From Eledone cirrhosa (taxonomy: Eukaryota), in NCBI GenBank assembly GCA_964016885.1, contig OZ024758.1, forward strand, positions 4,960,001 through 5,024,000: DNA of 64,000 nt, given 5' to 3'. Below the pieces are notes generated by a model that had not been told where the DNA came from, made no database searches, and saw nothing but the letters and a program-made list of their open reading frames with translations. Both the position numbers and the translations under genes were made by a program. Below are positions 14,849 through 26,383 of the stretch, in pieces (position 1 is the stretch's first letter; each line of letters starts with the position of its first letter).

Positions 14849-14872
14849 TATATACTATACACATATACATAC

Positions 14873-14916
<44 letters not shown>

Positions 14917-15081
14917 TATATACTATAAGAATAAAGAAACAAAGATTCAGTGATCATCATATATATATATTTATATATATATACATGATATATATATATA
15001 TATACACATATACATGATATATATATATATATGTATACATATATATACACATATATATATATGTATGTGTGTGTCTGCATA

Positions 15082-15113
<32 letters not shown>

Positions 15114-15147
15114 GAAAGATTTGAATGGATACAGTTTAGTTGAAAGG

Positions 15148-15271
15148 AATTTATTGACACGTGTTTCTATAACAGTTACATAACCTAAAACAGCTATCTA
15201 CAAACTTTTAGTTATGCAGACATTCAATATTTCAATGTTATTGTTTACTGTCATTTCATCAGAATAATATT
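15148..15271 (-). ncRNA. Same hammerhead ribozyme, downstream pseudo-LTR of copy 1
   Basis: Reverse complement of 22352-22475. Predicted cleavage after 15156. Confidence 0.75.
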
Positions 15272-15857
15272 ACTGAGGACCTATTTAGTTTTTATAGAGA
15301 ATATTAGGAGGAAGGGGTGAAGTTGTTAGAAGAATAGTTGAAGGAGTGGTTTTTCGATAGCAGTGAGAATTCTTGGTGGCAGTGATTAATTAGATTCCCA
15401 TCTGTTGTTTTGACATTTTTTATAGAATATATTATTGGTTATTTTTCTAAATCTATAGAAGGATTAGAGATAGTAAAGATATGCTTGGTTGGTTTTGTGT
15501 TTGCACTTAACATTCAGACTTAAATTTTTCTTTCAAGTGTACGTATTCTTTCACCCACGCATTCACACACAAATATATTTGCACACCTCTACAAAATACA
15601 TATACTCACAATTCACATATTCATACTTACATATATATACACATGCATACACATATATATACACACATGTATTCCTGTACATACATACGCGCTCATGTGT
15701 GTACATTTTCATACTCAACTTATCTTTATATATACACACGTATAGACACACACATATATACATACATACTCTAGTCCATGTGTACACACATACACATACA
15801 TACACATCCATATACACATACATACATACACACATATATATACATATATACATATAC

Positions 15858-15902
<45 letters not shown>

Positions 15903-15903
15903 C

Positions 15904-15952
<49 letters not shown>

Positions 15953-16221
15953 AGCACTTTAATACATGAATACACTTACATCTAACTATACACATCAAAC
16001 ATATATATATATTTACTTATTTATATACATTTTCACATATATATACATACTTATGGACGTTTTTAGACACATTCATTATCGCATATTTGTACCTATTCTC
16101 ATCAGCATATCTTTTCATTATTAGTATGGTAATTTAAGGTTATTAATATATGTTGAAAAGAGATTGTTTTTATATTTTTCTAACTAGATTAAGGTTTATA
16201 TAGTTGGGGGATGTCCCTCTT

Positions 16222-18543
16222 TTATGTAATATTCGGCTTGTAGTGGGAAAAAAGGGTTTTAGTTCTGTGACGGCAGAATAATGTTCGTTCAATTCTGTTA
16301 TTCAGCAGTTTCTTCTTGTGTGTGATTATGTAATAAATCTCAAGATTACACAATTTGCAGAAATTTTGGCTCCTGGAAAAGCTTTGGGTTTTAGCTAATT
16401 TTTCCCATTTTAGGGTAAACTTTTGATTGCTATCCCTGAGCGTCCAAGCTTTCTCTGCTAAAGTTGTTACATTTCTTTGGCTCTGGTGTTTTATTGAGTA
16501 AGAATGCCTATACAATCGAGATTTAAACGATGTTGCCGTTGATCCCACGTAATACCACTCGTTGCCTCCGGATTTAATGGTACACTTATAAATAATATTT
16601 TTTTCCAGGCAGTTATTGCCGAGGGGGCAGTTGTCAGGATAGGTGCAGTTACAGTTGTGTACGTTGGGTTTTCTCTGGAGTAGTATTGCGGACGAACTTA
16701 GGTGTGGTTTATTTATGTTCTGTAGTGTATTGTCTACTGTTTTTTTGGGGTTCTTTGTACTTAAGTTCTTAGTGTTTTCGTTTAACCTTCTAGTATTGAT
16801 CTTTTTTATGTGTTGTTCAAGGTTTAACGCTGTAGAGTATGACAGTCTTATAGTGGTAGGGTTTAGGATTTTGTGGTATTTGTGTGATGTGGGAAAATGT
16901 CTTTTAATTATTTTAAAGAAGAGTACTGGTAAATTTGTACTAATGGAGCTATTGTATTCGGGGTTATACCATAAGTACTCTTTGCATCGCTTTCTATTAG
17001 TTTTGTTTGTTGGTTTACTGGTGTGCATACTATGGTAGTAAGTGTGGTTTGGTGTTGTGTTATTATATCTACCTATGTGGGATTTATTTTGGGTGTTTTG
17101 ATTGTTCCCATCTATGTACTCTATTTTGTTGAGGTAGCCTGCTTTACTAAGGGCGTTATCGTAGTACTCGGCGTGTTCCTTAAATACTTGTATGTTAGAA
17201 GATAGACCCGAGATTCTAAGGGAAATATTTTTAGGGATAGATTTAATTATAGAGATGGGGTGGTTAGACCCAACATTTACGTATTTGAGATTTTCATTCA
17301 ATTTATGAAACGGTTTAATCAAACCAGAGTTTAAATTGAGTGTGACATCCAGGAAGTTAACTACTTTAAGGTTGTATTCATATGTTATAGTTAGTCCTAT
17401 TTCGAGTAGTAGTTTTCTTATATCTTTGCGTAGTTTTTCTAGTTTTTGGTTATTAAGGTTTTTAGCTAGGAGGAGAACATCGTCGCGGTATATTCCGCCG
17501 TGGAGATTGCTGAATTTTTCCTGGAGTCTAAAGGCGATAAATAACCCCACAATATCAGTTATTTCCGCCGAATCGTTAGAGCCCATTGTTATGTCAAAGT
17601 TAGAGGGTCTATCTTTACGTACCCAATAACTGTTCTCAAATTTGACTATAGTTTTCCTAGCTTCTAATATAATCTTAATTTCATCGTTTGTAAGGTCGGA
17701 GTTATCCTTAGCAAACTTAATGGCTCTATTCAAAGTTTCAGGTGATATCGATGAGTAATATTCATCGATATCAAACTGGATAAACTTAGATTTATTCTTA
17801 TTGCTAATGCTATTAAACCATCTTATTGCTTCTTGGGTCTTCCCCCAGAGTTTAATGTTAACCTTAGCCTTAATTTGGGGGATGATTCTATCTAAGATAT
17901 ATTTGCTTATTTTACCTATATCTGATTTAGAGGGGCAGATTAATCTAATTTTAGGGTCATTATCAAAGTTTACCTTGTGGTCCTTAAGATTGAAAGTGGG
18001 TACCGCCGGTAAGAGTGGTCCTGTCCTATCTTCGATTCCGAGATTTTTCACTATTTCGCATGCCTCATCATTGATGTGCTTAAGGGTTACTTCACTCGTT
18101 TTTCTATATTTTTTATGTAATTCTTTTCGAATGAAGTTGTTGTATGTAGTGCAATCCATAGTGTACAGGTTTGATGTTTTGTCCGCTTTTACTACAATTC
18201 CTTTGGTGTTTTTAAGGTCGTCCAGTAGTTTTTTTATATCTTTCTGTAATTTGCTGTTGGTGTTGCGTCCTTTGAATTTAATTTTAAGGATTAAGTTCAT
18301 AAGGTCCTGCTCAAATGCATCTAATAGTGGGTTGGTGGGTGGGTTTTTACAAGTCCTAAAACCGAATTTTTTGTTTACACCACTTTCTAATGTTGAGTTC
18401 ATACGGCTTCTATCATAGTGGAGCGTTTTCCACCTGACACGTCGAATGAATTCATTAGTTTTTTGAATCATGCTCAATAAATATTCCTTTCTACCTTGGG
18501 TTGGTATGTTTTTGAGTGACATATCCAGGTAGTGTTTTTCCAT
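16222..18543 (-). CDS. Penelope-like element ORF (773 aa): reverse transcriptase plus C-terminal GIY-YIG endonuclease, probably Hydra clade
   Basis: Uninterrupted ORF with ATG in context acaATGG. RT motifs: KADKT, FIQFDIDEYYSSI (A), ITMGSNDSAEITD (B'), GIYRDD (C), VNFLDVTLNL (E). Linker CNCTYPDNC (CxCx5C). GIY-YIG-type NIIYKC...YYVGST...FKSRLYRH, then KW, CKLC..E and LLN...E....CRH. Confidence 0.95.
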   Translation of the reverse strand: MEKHYLDMSLKNIPTQGRKEYLLSMIQKTNEFIRRVRWKTLHYDRSRMNSTLESGVNKKFGFRTCKNPPTNPLLDAFEQDLMNLILKIKFKGRNTNSKLQKDIKKLLDDLKNTKGIVVKADKTSNLYTMDCTTYNNFIRKELHKKYRKTSEVTLKHINDEACEIVKNLGIEDRTGPLLPAVPTFNLKDHKVNFDNDPKIRLICPSKSDIGKISKYILDRIIPQIKAKVNIKLWGKTQEAIRWFNSISNKNKSKFIQFDIDEYYSSISPETLNRAIKFAKDNSDLTNDEIKIILEARKTIVKFENSYWVRKDRPSNFDITMGSNDSAEITDIVGLFIAFRLQEKFSNLHGGIYRDDVLLLAKNLNNQKLEKLRKDIRKLLLEIGLTITYEYNLKVVNFLDVTLNLNSGLIKPFHKLNENLKYVNVGSNHPISIIKSIPKNISLRISGLSSNIQVFKEHAEYYDNALSKAGYLNKIEYIDGNNQNTQNKSHIGRYNNTTPNHTYYHSMHTSKPTNKTNRKRCKEYLWYNPEYNSSISTNLPVLFFKIIKRHFPTSHKYHKILNPTTIRLSYSTALNLEQHIKKINTRRLNENTKNLSTKNPKKTVDNTLQNINKPHLSSSAILLQRKPNVHNCNCTYPDNCPLGNNCLEKNIIYKCTIKSGGNEWYYVGSTATSFKSRLYRHSYSIKHQSQRNVTTLAEKAWTLRDSNQKFTLKWEKLAKTQSFSRSQNFCKLCNLEIYYIITHKKKLLNNRIERTLFCRHRTKTLFSHYKPNIT

Positions 18544-18744
18544 TGTTGTGGTTGCGTTTGCTGTGTGGGTTGCTCGACTTTACAGGAGGTAAATATACAG
18601 TTTTTTCCGTTGTGTTGTAATATAAATATTACACACAGTAGATTATCAGCTCACGTAGAGTTTGCTCGACGGTTCCAGTTGTAGTTCCAAAAGTAATCCG
18701 GAGAAAAATAGAAAGATTTGAATGGATACAGTTTAGTTGAAAGG

Positions 18745-18868
18745 AATTTATTGACACGTGTTTCTATAACAGTTACATAACCTAAAACAGCTATCTACAA
18801 ACTTTTAGTTATGCAGACATTCAATATTTCAATGTTATTGTTTACTGTCATTTCATCAGAATAATATT
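18745..18868 (-). ncRNA. Same hammerhead ribozyme, upstream pseudo-LTR of copy 1
   Basis: Direct repeat of 15148-15271. Predicted cleavage after 18753, about 210 nt upstream of the ATG. Confidence 0.75.
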
Positions 18869-19454
18869 ACTGAGGACCTATTTAGTTTTTATAGAGAATA
18901 TTAGGAGGAAGGGGTGAAGTTGTTAGAAGAATAGTTGAAGGAGTGGTTTTTCGATAGCAGTGAGAATTCTTGGTGGCAGTGATTAATTAGATTCCCATCT
19001 GTTGTTTTGACATTTTTTATAGAATATATTATTGGTTATTTTTCTAAATCTATAGAAGGATTAGAGATAGTAAAGATATGCTTGGTTGGTTTTGTGTTTG
19101 CACTTAACATTCAGACTTAAATTTTTCTTTCAAGTGTACGTATTCTTTCACCCACGCATTCACACACAAATATATTTGCACACCTCTACAAAATACATAT
19201 ACTCACAATTCACATATTCATACTTACATATATATACACATGCATACACATATATATACACACATGTATTCCTGTACATACATACGCGCTCATGTGTGTA
19301 CATTTTCATACTCAACTTATCTTTATATATACACACGTATAGACACACACATATATACATACATACTCTAGTCCATGTGTACACACATACACATACATAC
19401 ACATCCATATACACATACATACATACACACATATATATACATATATACATATAC

Positions 19455-19501
<47 letters not shown>

Positions 19502-19513
19502 CATATATACACA

Positions 19514-21401
19514 ATATAGAAAAACGAGTGAAGTAACCCTTAAGCACATCAATGATGAGGCATGCGAAATAGTGAAAAATCTCGGAATCGAAGATAGGAC
19601 AGGACCACTCTTACCGGCGGTACCCACTTTCAATCTTAAGGACCACAAGGTAAACTTTGATAATGACCCTAAAATTAGATTAATCTGCCCCTCTAAATCA
19701 GATATAGGTAAAATAAGCAAATATATCTTAGATAGAATCATCCCCCAAATTAAGGCTAAGGTTAACATTAAACTCTGGGGGAAGACCCAAGAAGCAATAA
19801 GATGGTTTAATAGCATTAGCAATAAGAATAAATCTAAGTTTATCCAGTTTGATATCGATGAATATTACTCATCGATATCACCTGAAACTTTGAATAGAGC
19901 CATTAAGTTTGCTAAGGATAACTCCGACCTTACAAACGATGAAATTAAGATTATATTAGAAGCTAGGAAAACTATAGTCAAATTTGAGAACAGTTATTGG
20001 GTACGTAAAGATAGACCCTCTAACTTTGACATAACAATGGGCTCTAACGATTCGGCGGAAATAACTGATATTGTGGGGTTATTTATCGCCTTTAGACTCC
20101 AGGAAAAATTCAGCAATCTCCACGGCGGAATATACCGCGACGATGTTCTCCTCCTAGCTAAAAACCTTAATAACCAAAAACTAGAAAAACTACGCAAAGA
20201 TATAAGAAAACTACTACTCGAAATAGGACTAACTATAACATATGAATACAACCTTAAAGTAGTTAACTTCCTGGATGTCACACTCAATTTAAACTCTGGT
20301 TTGATTAAACCGTTTCATAAATTGAATGAAAATCTCAAATACGTAAATGTTGGGTCTAACCACCCCATCTCTATAATTAAATCTATCCCTAAAAATATTT
20401 CCCTTAGAATCTCGGGTCTATCTTCTAACATACAAGTATTTAAGGAACACGCCGAGTACTACGATAACGCCCTTAGTAAAGCAGGCTACCTCAACAAAAT
20501 AGAGTACATAGATGGGAACAATCAAAACACCCAAAATAAATCCCACATAGGTAGATATAATAACACAACACCAAACCACACTTACTACCATAGTATGCAC
20601 ACCAGTAAACCAACAAACAAAACTAATAGAAAGCGATGCAAAGAGTACTTATGGTATAACCCCGAATACAATAGCTCCATTAGTACAAATTTACCAGTAC
20701 TCTTCTTTAAAATAATTAAAAGACATTTTCCCACATCACACAAATACCACAAAATCCTAAACCCTACCACTATAAGACTGTCATACTCTACAGCGTTAAA
20801 CCTTGAACAACACATAAAAAAGATCAATACTAGAAGGTTAAACGAAAACACTAAGAACTTAAGTACAAAGAACCCCAAAAAAACAGTAGACAATACACTA
20901 CAGAACATAAATAAACCACACCTAAGTTCGTCCGCAATACTACTCCAGAGAAAACCCAACGTACACAACTGTAACTGCACCTATCCTGACAACTGCCCCC
21001 TCGGCAATAACTGCCTGGAAAAAAATATTATTTATAAGTGTACCATTAAATCCGGAGGCAACGAGTGGTATTACGTGGGATCAACGGCAACATCGTTTAA
21101 ATCTCGATTGTATAGGCATTCTTACTCAATAAAACACCAGAGCCAAAGAAATGTAACAACTTTAGCAGAGAAAGCTTGGACGCTCAGGGATAGCAATCAA
21201 AAGTTTACCCTAAAATGGGAAAAATTAGCTAAAACCCAAAGCTTTTCCAGGAGCCAAAATTTCTGCAAATTGTGTAATCTTGAGATTTATTACATAATCA
21301 CACACAAGAAGAAACTGCTGAATAACAGAATTGAACGAACATTATTCTGCCGTCACAGAACTAAAACCCTTTTTTCCCACTACAAGCCGAATATTACATA
21401 A
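19514..21401 (+). pseudogene. 5'-truncated RT/GIY-YIG ORF of the inverted PLE copy
   Basis: Lacks roughly the first 145 codons, including KADKT. The remainder is identical to 16222-18543. Confidence 0.85.
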
Positions 21402-21720
21402 AAGAGGGACATCCCCCAACTATATAAACCTTAATCTAGTTAGAAAAATATAAAAACAATCTCTTTTCAACATATATTAATAACCTTAAATTACCATACT
21501 AATAATGAAAAGATATGCTGATGAGAATAGGTACAAATATGCGATAATGAATGTGTCTAAAAACGTCCATAAGTATGTATATATATGTGAAAATGTATAT
21601 AAATAAGTAAATATATATATATGTTTGATGTGTATAGTTAGATGTAAGTGTATTCATGTATTAAAGTGCTTATATATATATATATATGTGTATGTGTGTG
21701 TGTATATGTGTGTATATATG

Positions 21721-21765
<45 letters not shown>

Positions 21766-22351
21766 GTATATGTATATATGTATATATATGTGTGTATGTA
21801 TGTATGTGTATATGGATGTGTATGTATGTGTATGTGTGTACACATGGACTAGAGTATGTATGTATATATGTGTGTGTCTATACGTGTGTATATATAAAGA
21901 TAAGTTGAGTATGAAAATGTACACACATGAGCGCGTATGTATGTACAGGAATACATGTGTGTATATATATGTGTATGCATGTGTATATATATGTAAGTAT
22001 GAATATGTGAATTGTGAGTATATGTATTTTGTAGAGGTGTGCAAATATATTTGTGTGTGAATGCGTGGGTGAAAGAATACGTACACTTGAAAGAAAAATT
22101 TAAGTCTGAATGTTAAGTGCAAACACAAAACCAACCAAGCATATCTTTACTATCTCTAATCCTTCTATAGATTTAGAAAAATAACCAATAATATATTCTA
22201 TAAAAAATGTCAAAACAACAGATGGGAATCTAATTAATCACTGCCACCAAGAATTCTCACTGCTATCGAAAAACCACTCCTTCAACTATTCTTCTAACAA
22301 CTTCACCCCTTCCTCCTAATATTCTCTATAAAAACTAAATAGGTCCTCAGT

Positions 22352-22475
22352 AATATTATTCTGATGAAATGACAGTAAACAATAACATTGAAATATTGAA
22401 TGTCTGCATAACTAAAAGTTTGTAGATAGCTGTTTTAGGTTATGTAACTGTTATAGAAACACGTGTCAATAAATT
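22352..22475 (+). ncRNA. Type I hammerhead ribozyme with extended, branched stem II (PLE 3' pseudo-LTR)
   Basis: ttatt-CTGATGA(22361-67)-a-atgacagt...actgttat-a-GAAA(22456-59)-cacgtg-TC-aataa. Stem I is ttatt/aataa, the stem II base is 8 bp, and stem III is the palindrome ACACGTGT. Folded by eye. Confidence 0.75.
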
Positions 22476-22627
22476 CCTTTCAACTAAACTGTATCCATTC
22501 AAATCTTTCTATTTTTCTCCGGATTACTTTTGGAACTACAACTGGAACCGTCGAGCAAACTCTACGTGAGCTGATAATCTACTGTGTGTAATATTTATAT
22601 TACAACACAACGGAAAAAACTGTATAT

Positions 22628-23021
<394 letters not shown>

Positions 23022-23530
23022 GAGCGGATGTATATCAGTACAAGTGAGGTCAAAAGTATTTCGATATATCCAAGGAACTTTAATTCTTTTGTATTTAATG
23101 GCTGGTGTTGGAATGAAAACTATAAAAGAAAATTATGGACGGGAAGTCCCACGATGATTGCTATCTACCTACAGACAACATTTATCATTCCTAAATATAT
23201 ACGTTACCAGAATACTCCCTACAATAATTATATATGTCTGGTTGCGTATTGTTACAGTTATCATATGAATTTACTAATATATTTTATTGAGTAACCATCT
23301 TTCTTTTAACTACAGATTTAGTATTTCAATTATCTTTAGTTAATACATCATATTATATATATAATATCCTGGTTTTAAGTATACGTCTTCTATAATAACT
23401 ATTTTGGAAAGTTATTAGCTACCCTGACTTTATCTGTCATGTCGACAACATTTTATTTCATTGAGAAATTATGGTGCATACATTTACATATTCTTCACAC
23501 GCACACACACGCACACACGCGCACACACAT

Positions 23531-23567
<37 letters not shown>

Positions 23568-23594
23568 CACACACACACACGCACACACACACGC

Positions 23595-23629
<35 letters not shown>

Positions 23630-23681
23630 CACGCACGCACGCACGCACGCGCACACACACACACACACACACGCACACACG

Positions 23682-23713
<32 letters not shown>

Positions 23714-23721
23714 CGCACACA

Positions 23722-23769
<48 letters not shown>

Positions 23770-24128
23770 AGAATATGTAAATTTCTCAATCAAATCAAGC
23801 GGCCGAAATGCAGTTCCTTTGAAAGGTCTTTGGAGTAATGTTATCCGATAAAGTGTGTAGCTCGGAGATCAGAGAGTCACTCTAGGTGTGTGTGTATATA
23901 TATATAAGTGTCTATGTGTGCGTGTGTATATGTATGTTTGTATGTATGTATGTATGTGTATATGTATGTATGTATGAATGTATGTGTATATGTATGTGTA
24001 TATGTATGTTTGTATGTATGTATACATGCATATATGTTCGTATGATGTACGTACGTATGTATGTATATGCATGCATGTATCTAATTATGTGTGAGTATAT
24101 GTATATATGTTAGTATGCATGCATGTAA

Positions 24129-24199
<71 letters not shown>

Positions 24200-24539
24200 G
24201 TATACAAATGTAAAAGACCAATAACTAAATTCCTAAAGCTGTTCTCTATCGGAATAATTCACAAGCTGGTATTTTTCCACTCTCTTGTCAAAAGTAATTT
24301 CTACCAAGTCAAGTTCTATGAGATTTATTTAGTAATACAAAGTGAAAATATCATGTACATATTTAGTTTTAGCTAAGAATTTTCTGGCAGCCTAGTTTAA
24401 ATTAATCATTTTCACACAATTTTATAGAAATATACCTTGAGAATAACCCTTTTGCTACTTCACACATCATGGACGCTGTGGTAAATAACATGTAGATATT
24501 TAGTTTTAGCCTAGGGTTTTCTGGCAGCCTCGTTTAAGA

Positions 24540-24718
24540 TAATTGTTTCTACTTTTGGCACAAGGCCAGCAATTATCCCAGTGTATTACTGGTACTTTAT
24601 TTTATCGACCCCGTAAGGATGAAAGGCAAAGTTAACCTCGGCGGATTTGAACTCAGACCATAAAGGGCCGTAACTCTTTTCTGCAAAGCATGGCGTCCGA
24701 CCCTCTACTGATACTGCT
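24540..24718 (-). mobile_element. Nin-core SINE
   Basis: Full-length reverse-complement copy. Similar minus-strand copies at 26803-26992, 28667-28855, 51025-51243 and 62712-62897. Confidence 0.85.
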
Positions 24719-24754
24719 GTCACATAGTTTTATAGAAATATACCTTGAGAATAA

Positions 24755-25015
24755 CTCTTTTGCTACCTTCCAGTCCATGGACGCCGCGGTGAATGTGGGG
24801 ATCACCGCTTCCGTTGCCGAACGTGAAATAAAATTCGGAAATACCTGGATTTATCTAGTAATTATTTTTTTCCAGCCTGTGGCGTTCGAGATGTTTGGAG
24901 GAGTCCGGCCGGTGAGAGCGAATATCTTGTCATCGCTGGCCGCTCACCTTACTGAGGTGTCAGGTGATGCCCGTGAGGGTAGCTGGTTATTTCAGCACCT
25001 TAGCCTCACCTTACT
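24755..25015 (+). mobile_element. CRE-clade non-LTR retrotransposon C-terminal (restriction-like endonuclease) fragment
   Basis: ASVAEREIKF...FFQPVAFEMFGG...LSSLAAHLTEVSGDAREGSWLFQHLSL resembles the CRE tail (F.PVA.ET.G...L...TGD.RE..FL.QRLS). Confidence 0.65.
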
Positions 25016-25218
25016 GAGGTGTCAGGTGATACCTGTGAGGGTACCTGGTTATTTCAGCACCTTAGCCTCACCTTACTGAGGTGTCAGGTGATACCTGTGA
25101 GGGTACCTGGTTATTTCAGCACCTTAACCTCACCTTACTGAGGTGTCAGGTGATACCTGTGAGGGTACCTGGTTATTTCAGCACCTGAGCCTCACCTTAC
25201 TGAGGTGTCAGGTGATGC
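24943..25218. repeat. 62-bp tandem repeat, about 4.4 copies
   Basis: Units start at 24943, 25005, 25067, 25129 and 25191. Confidence 0.92.
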
Positions 25219-25934
25219 TAAACTGTAGAAGCTCTGAAATATAAAATTATATTATCATTATCAGAATGCACAAGATCATGTGTCCATATACTTGCAAGCA
25301 ACCTTTCTGAAATAGAAAATTATATTATCATTATTATATATTATAATTAATGATATTATATATTATATTATTAAAACAAAAAAACAATGAAAGTTAAAAC
25401 AATATTTGACAAGTAGTGACAAGACTTTCGAACCACCCTGTAGAGTCTGTCACTCTCCCCCCTTCCCCGTTTCTATCATTACTTAACAATCCTTGCCTTT
25501 TCCACCATTTTTCCTCTTATTTTCAATAATATATTTCTTCTATAAATTTACCCACTTTATTTTTCTGAACTCGTTATGTCATTCCAATAATTCGAAATAA
25601 TTATTTTTTAAATATATACTTCAGCAATTTTTAGACACAATAAATATTAATTTTATCTTATGTATTAAATCTAAGGCGCTTACCTTCTTCCTATCGTTTA
25701 TCATTTTATTTTATGCTATAGTGTTGATTGTGACTAAAACCATTATAGTAGAAATCCAAGCTAGAGAGACTATATGAAATATTTCCTGGAGCCGTATATT
25801 ACTGCAAAACTTAAATATATGTAATTGACTGAATATTTGCAACACAGCAGTAAAGTTGATAATGAAATAAAGAAATAAATTGAAGGTTTTATATATATAT
25901 ATATTTATATATATATTTATATATATATATGTGT

Positions 25935-25986
<52 letters not shown>

Positions 25987-26019
25987 ATATATGTAAATAT
26001 ATGTGTAAATATATATATT

Positions 26020-26091
<72 letters not shown>

Positions 26092-26111
26092 ATATATATA
26101 TATATGTATAA

Positions 26112-26151
<40 letters not shown>

Positions 26152-26330
26152 TATATATATATATATGTATATATATATGTATATATATGTATGTATATAC
26201 GTATGTATATATATATATATGCATGTATATATATGTATGTATATATATATGTATATATGTATATATATGTATATATGTATGTTAGATGTATGTATAAATA
26301 TGTATATATATGTATGTATGTATATATATG

Positions 26331-26383
<53 letters not shown>

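Larger units (their letters stand above)
15111..19513 (-). mobile_element. PLE copy 1: partial tandem (about 1.2 units, unit 3597 bp) with about 805-bp pseudo-LTRs flanking the ORF
   Basis: 15111-15916 is directly repeated at 18708-19513 (offset 3597). The ORF lies between the repeats, and the 3' end abuts (TA)n at 15111. Confidence 0.92.
19514..22627 (+). mobile_element. PLE copy 2: inverted, 5'-truncated copy (ORF starts at YRKTSEV, stop at 21401) ending in (TA)n
   Basis: Reverse complement of 15111-18110 (coordinate sum 37623) with an identical protein translation. It extends about 115 bp further, into sequence matching 18593-18708. Confidence 0.92.

Noticed and set aside
15273-15310. Antisense CTGAGGA...GAAT hammerhead-like motif in the pseudo-LTR
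   Set aside because: It has GAAT instead of GAAA and no convincing stems I or III.
16643-18418. Antisense ORFs overlapping the RT gene
   Set aside because: They have non-ATG starts and no motifs, and are shadows of the coding strand.
16222-18543. Prokaryotic RT system (retron, group II intron, DGR) or selenoprotein-type Naiad element
   Set aside because: The domain order RT then GIY-YIG, the pseudo-LTRs and the eukaryotic repeat context indicate a PLE. The endonuclease is C-terminal and there are no in-frame TGA codons.
19086-21401. 771-aa ORF that looks like a second full-length protein with a novel N-terminus
   Set aside because: It is a chimera. The first ~143 codons are antisense pseudo-LTR and microsatellite read from a TTG, fused by chance in frame to the truncated RT at the inversion junction.
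22361-22404. Compact hammerhead using the first GAAA (aatg/catt stem II)
   Set aside because: No valid UH site with stem I follows. The distal GAAA-cacgtg-TC gives a coherent fold instead.
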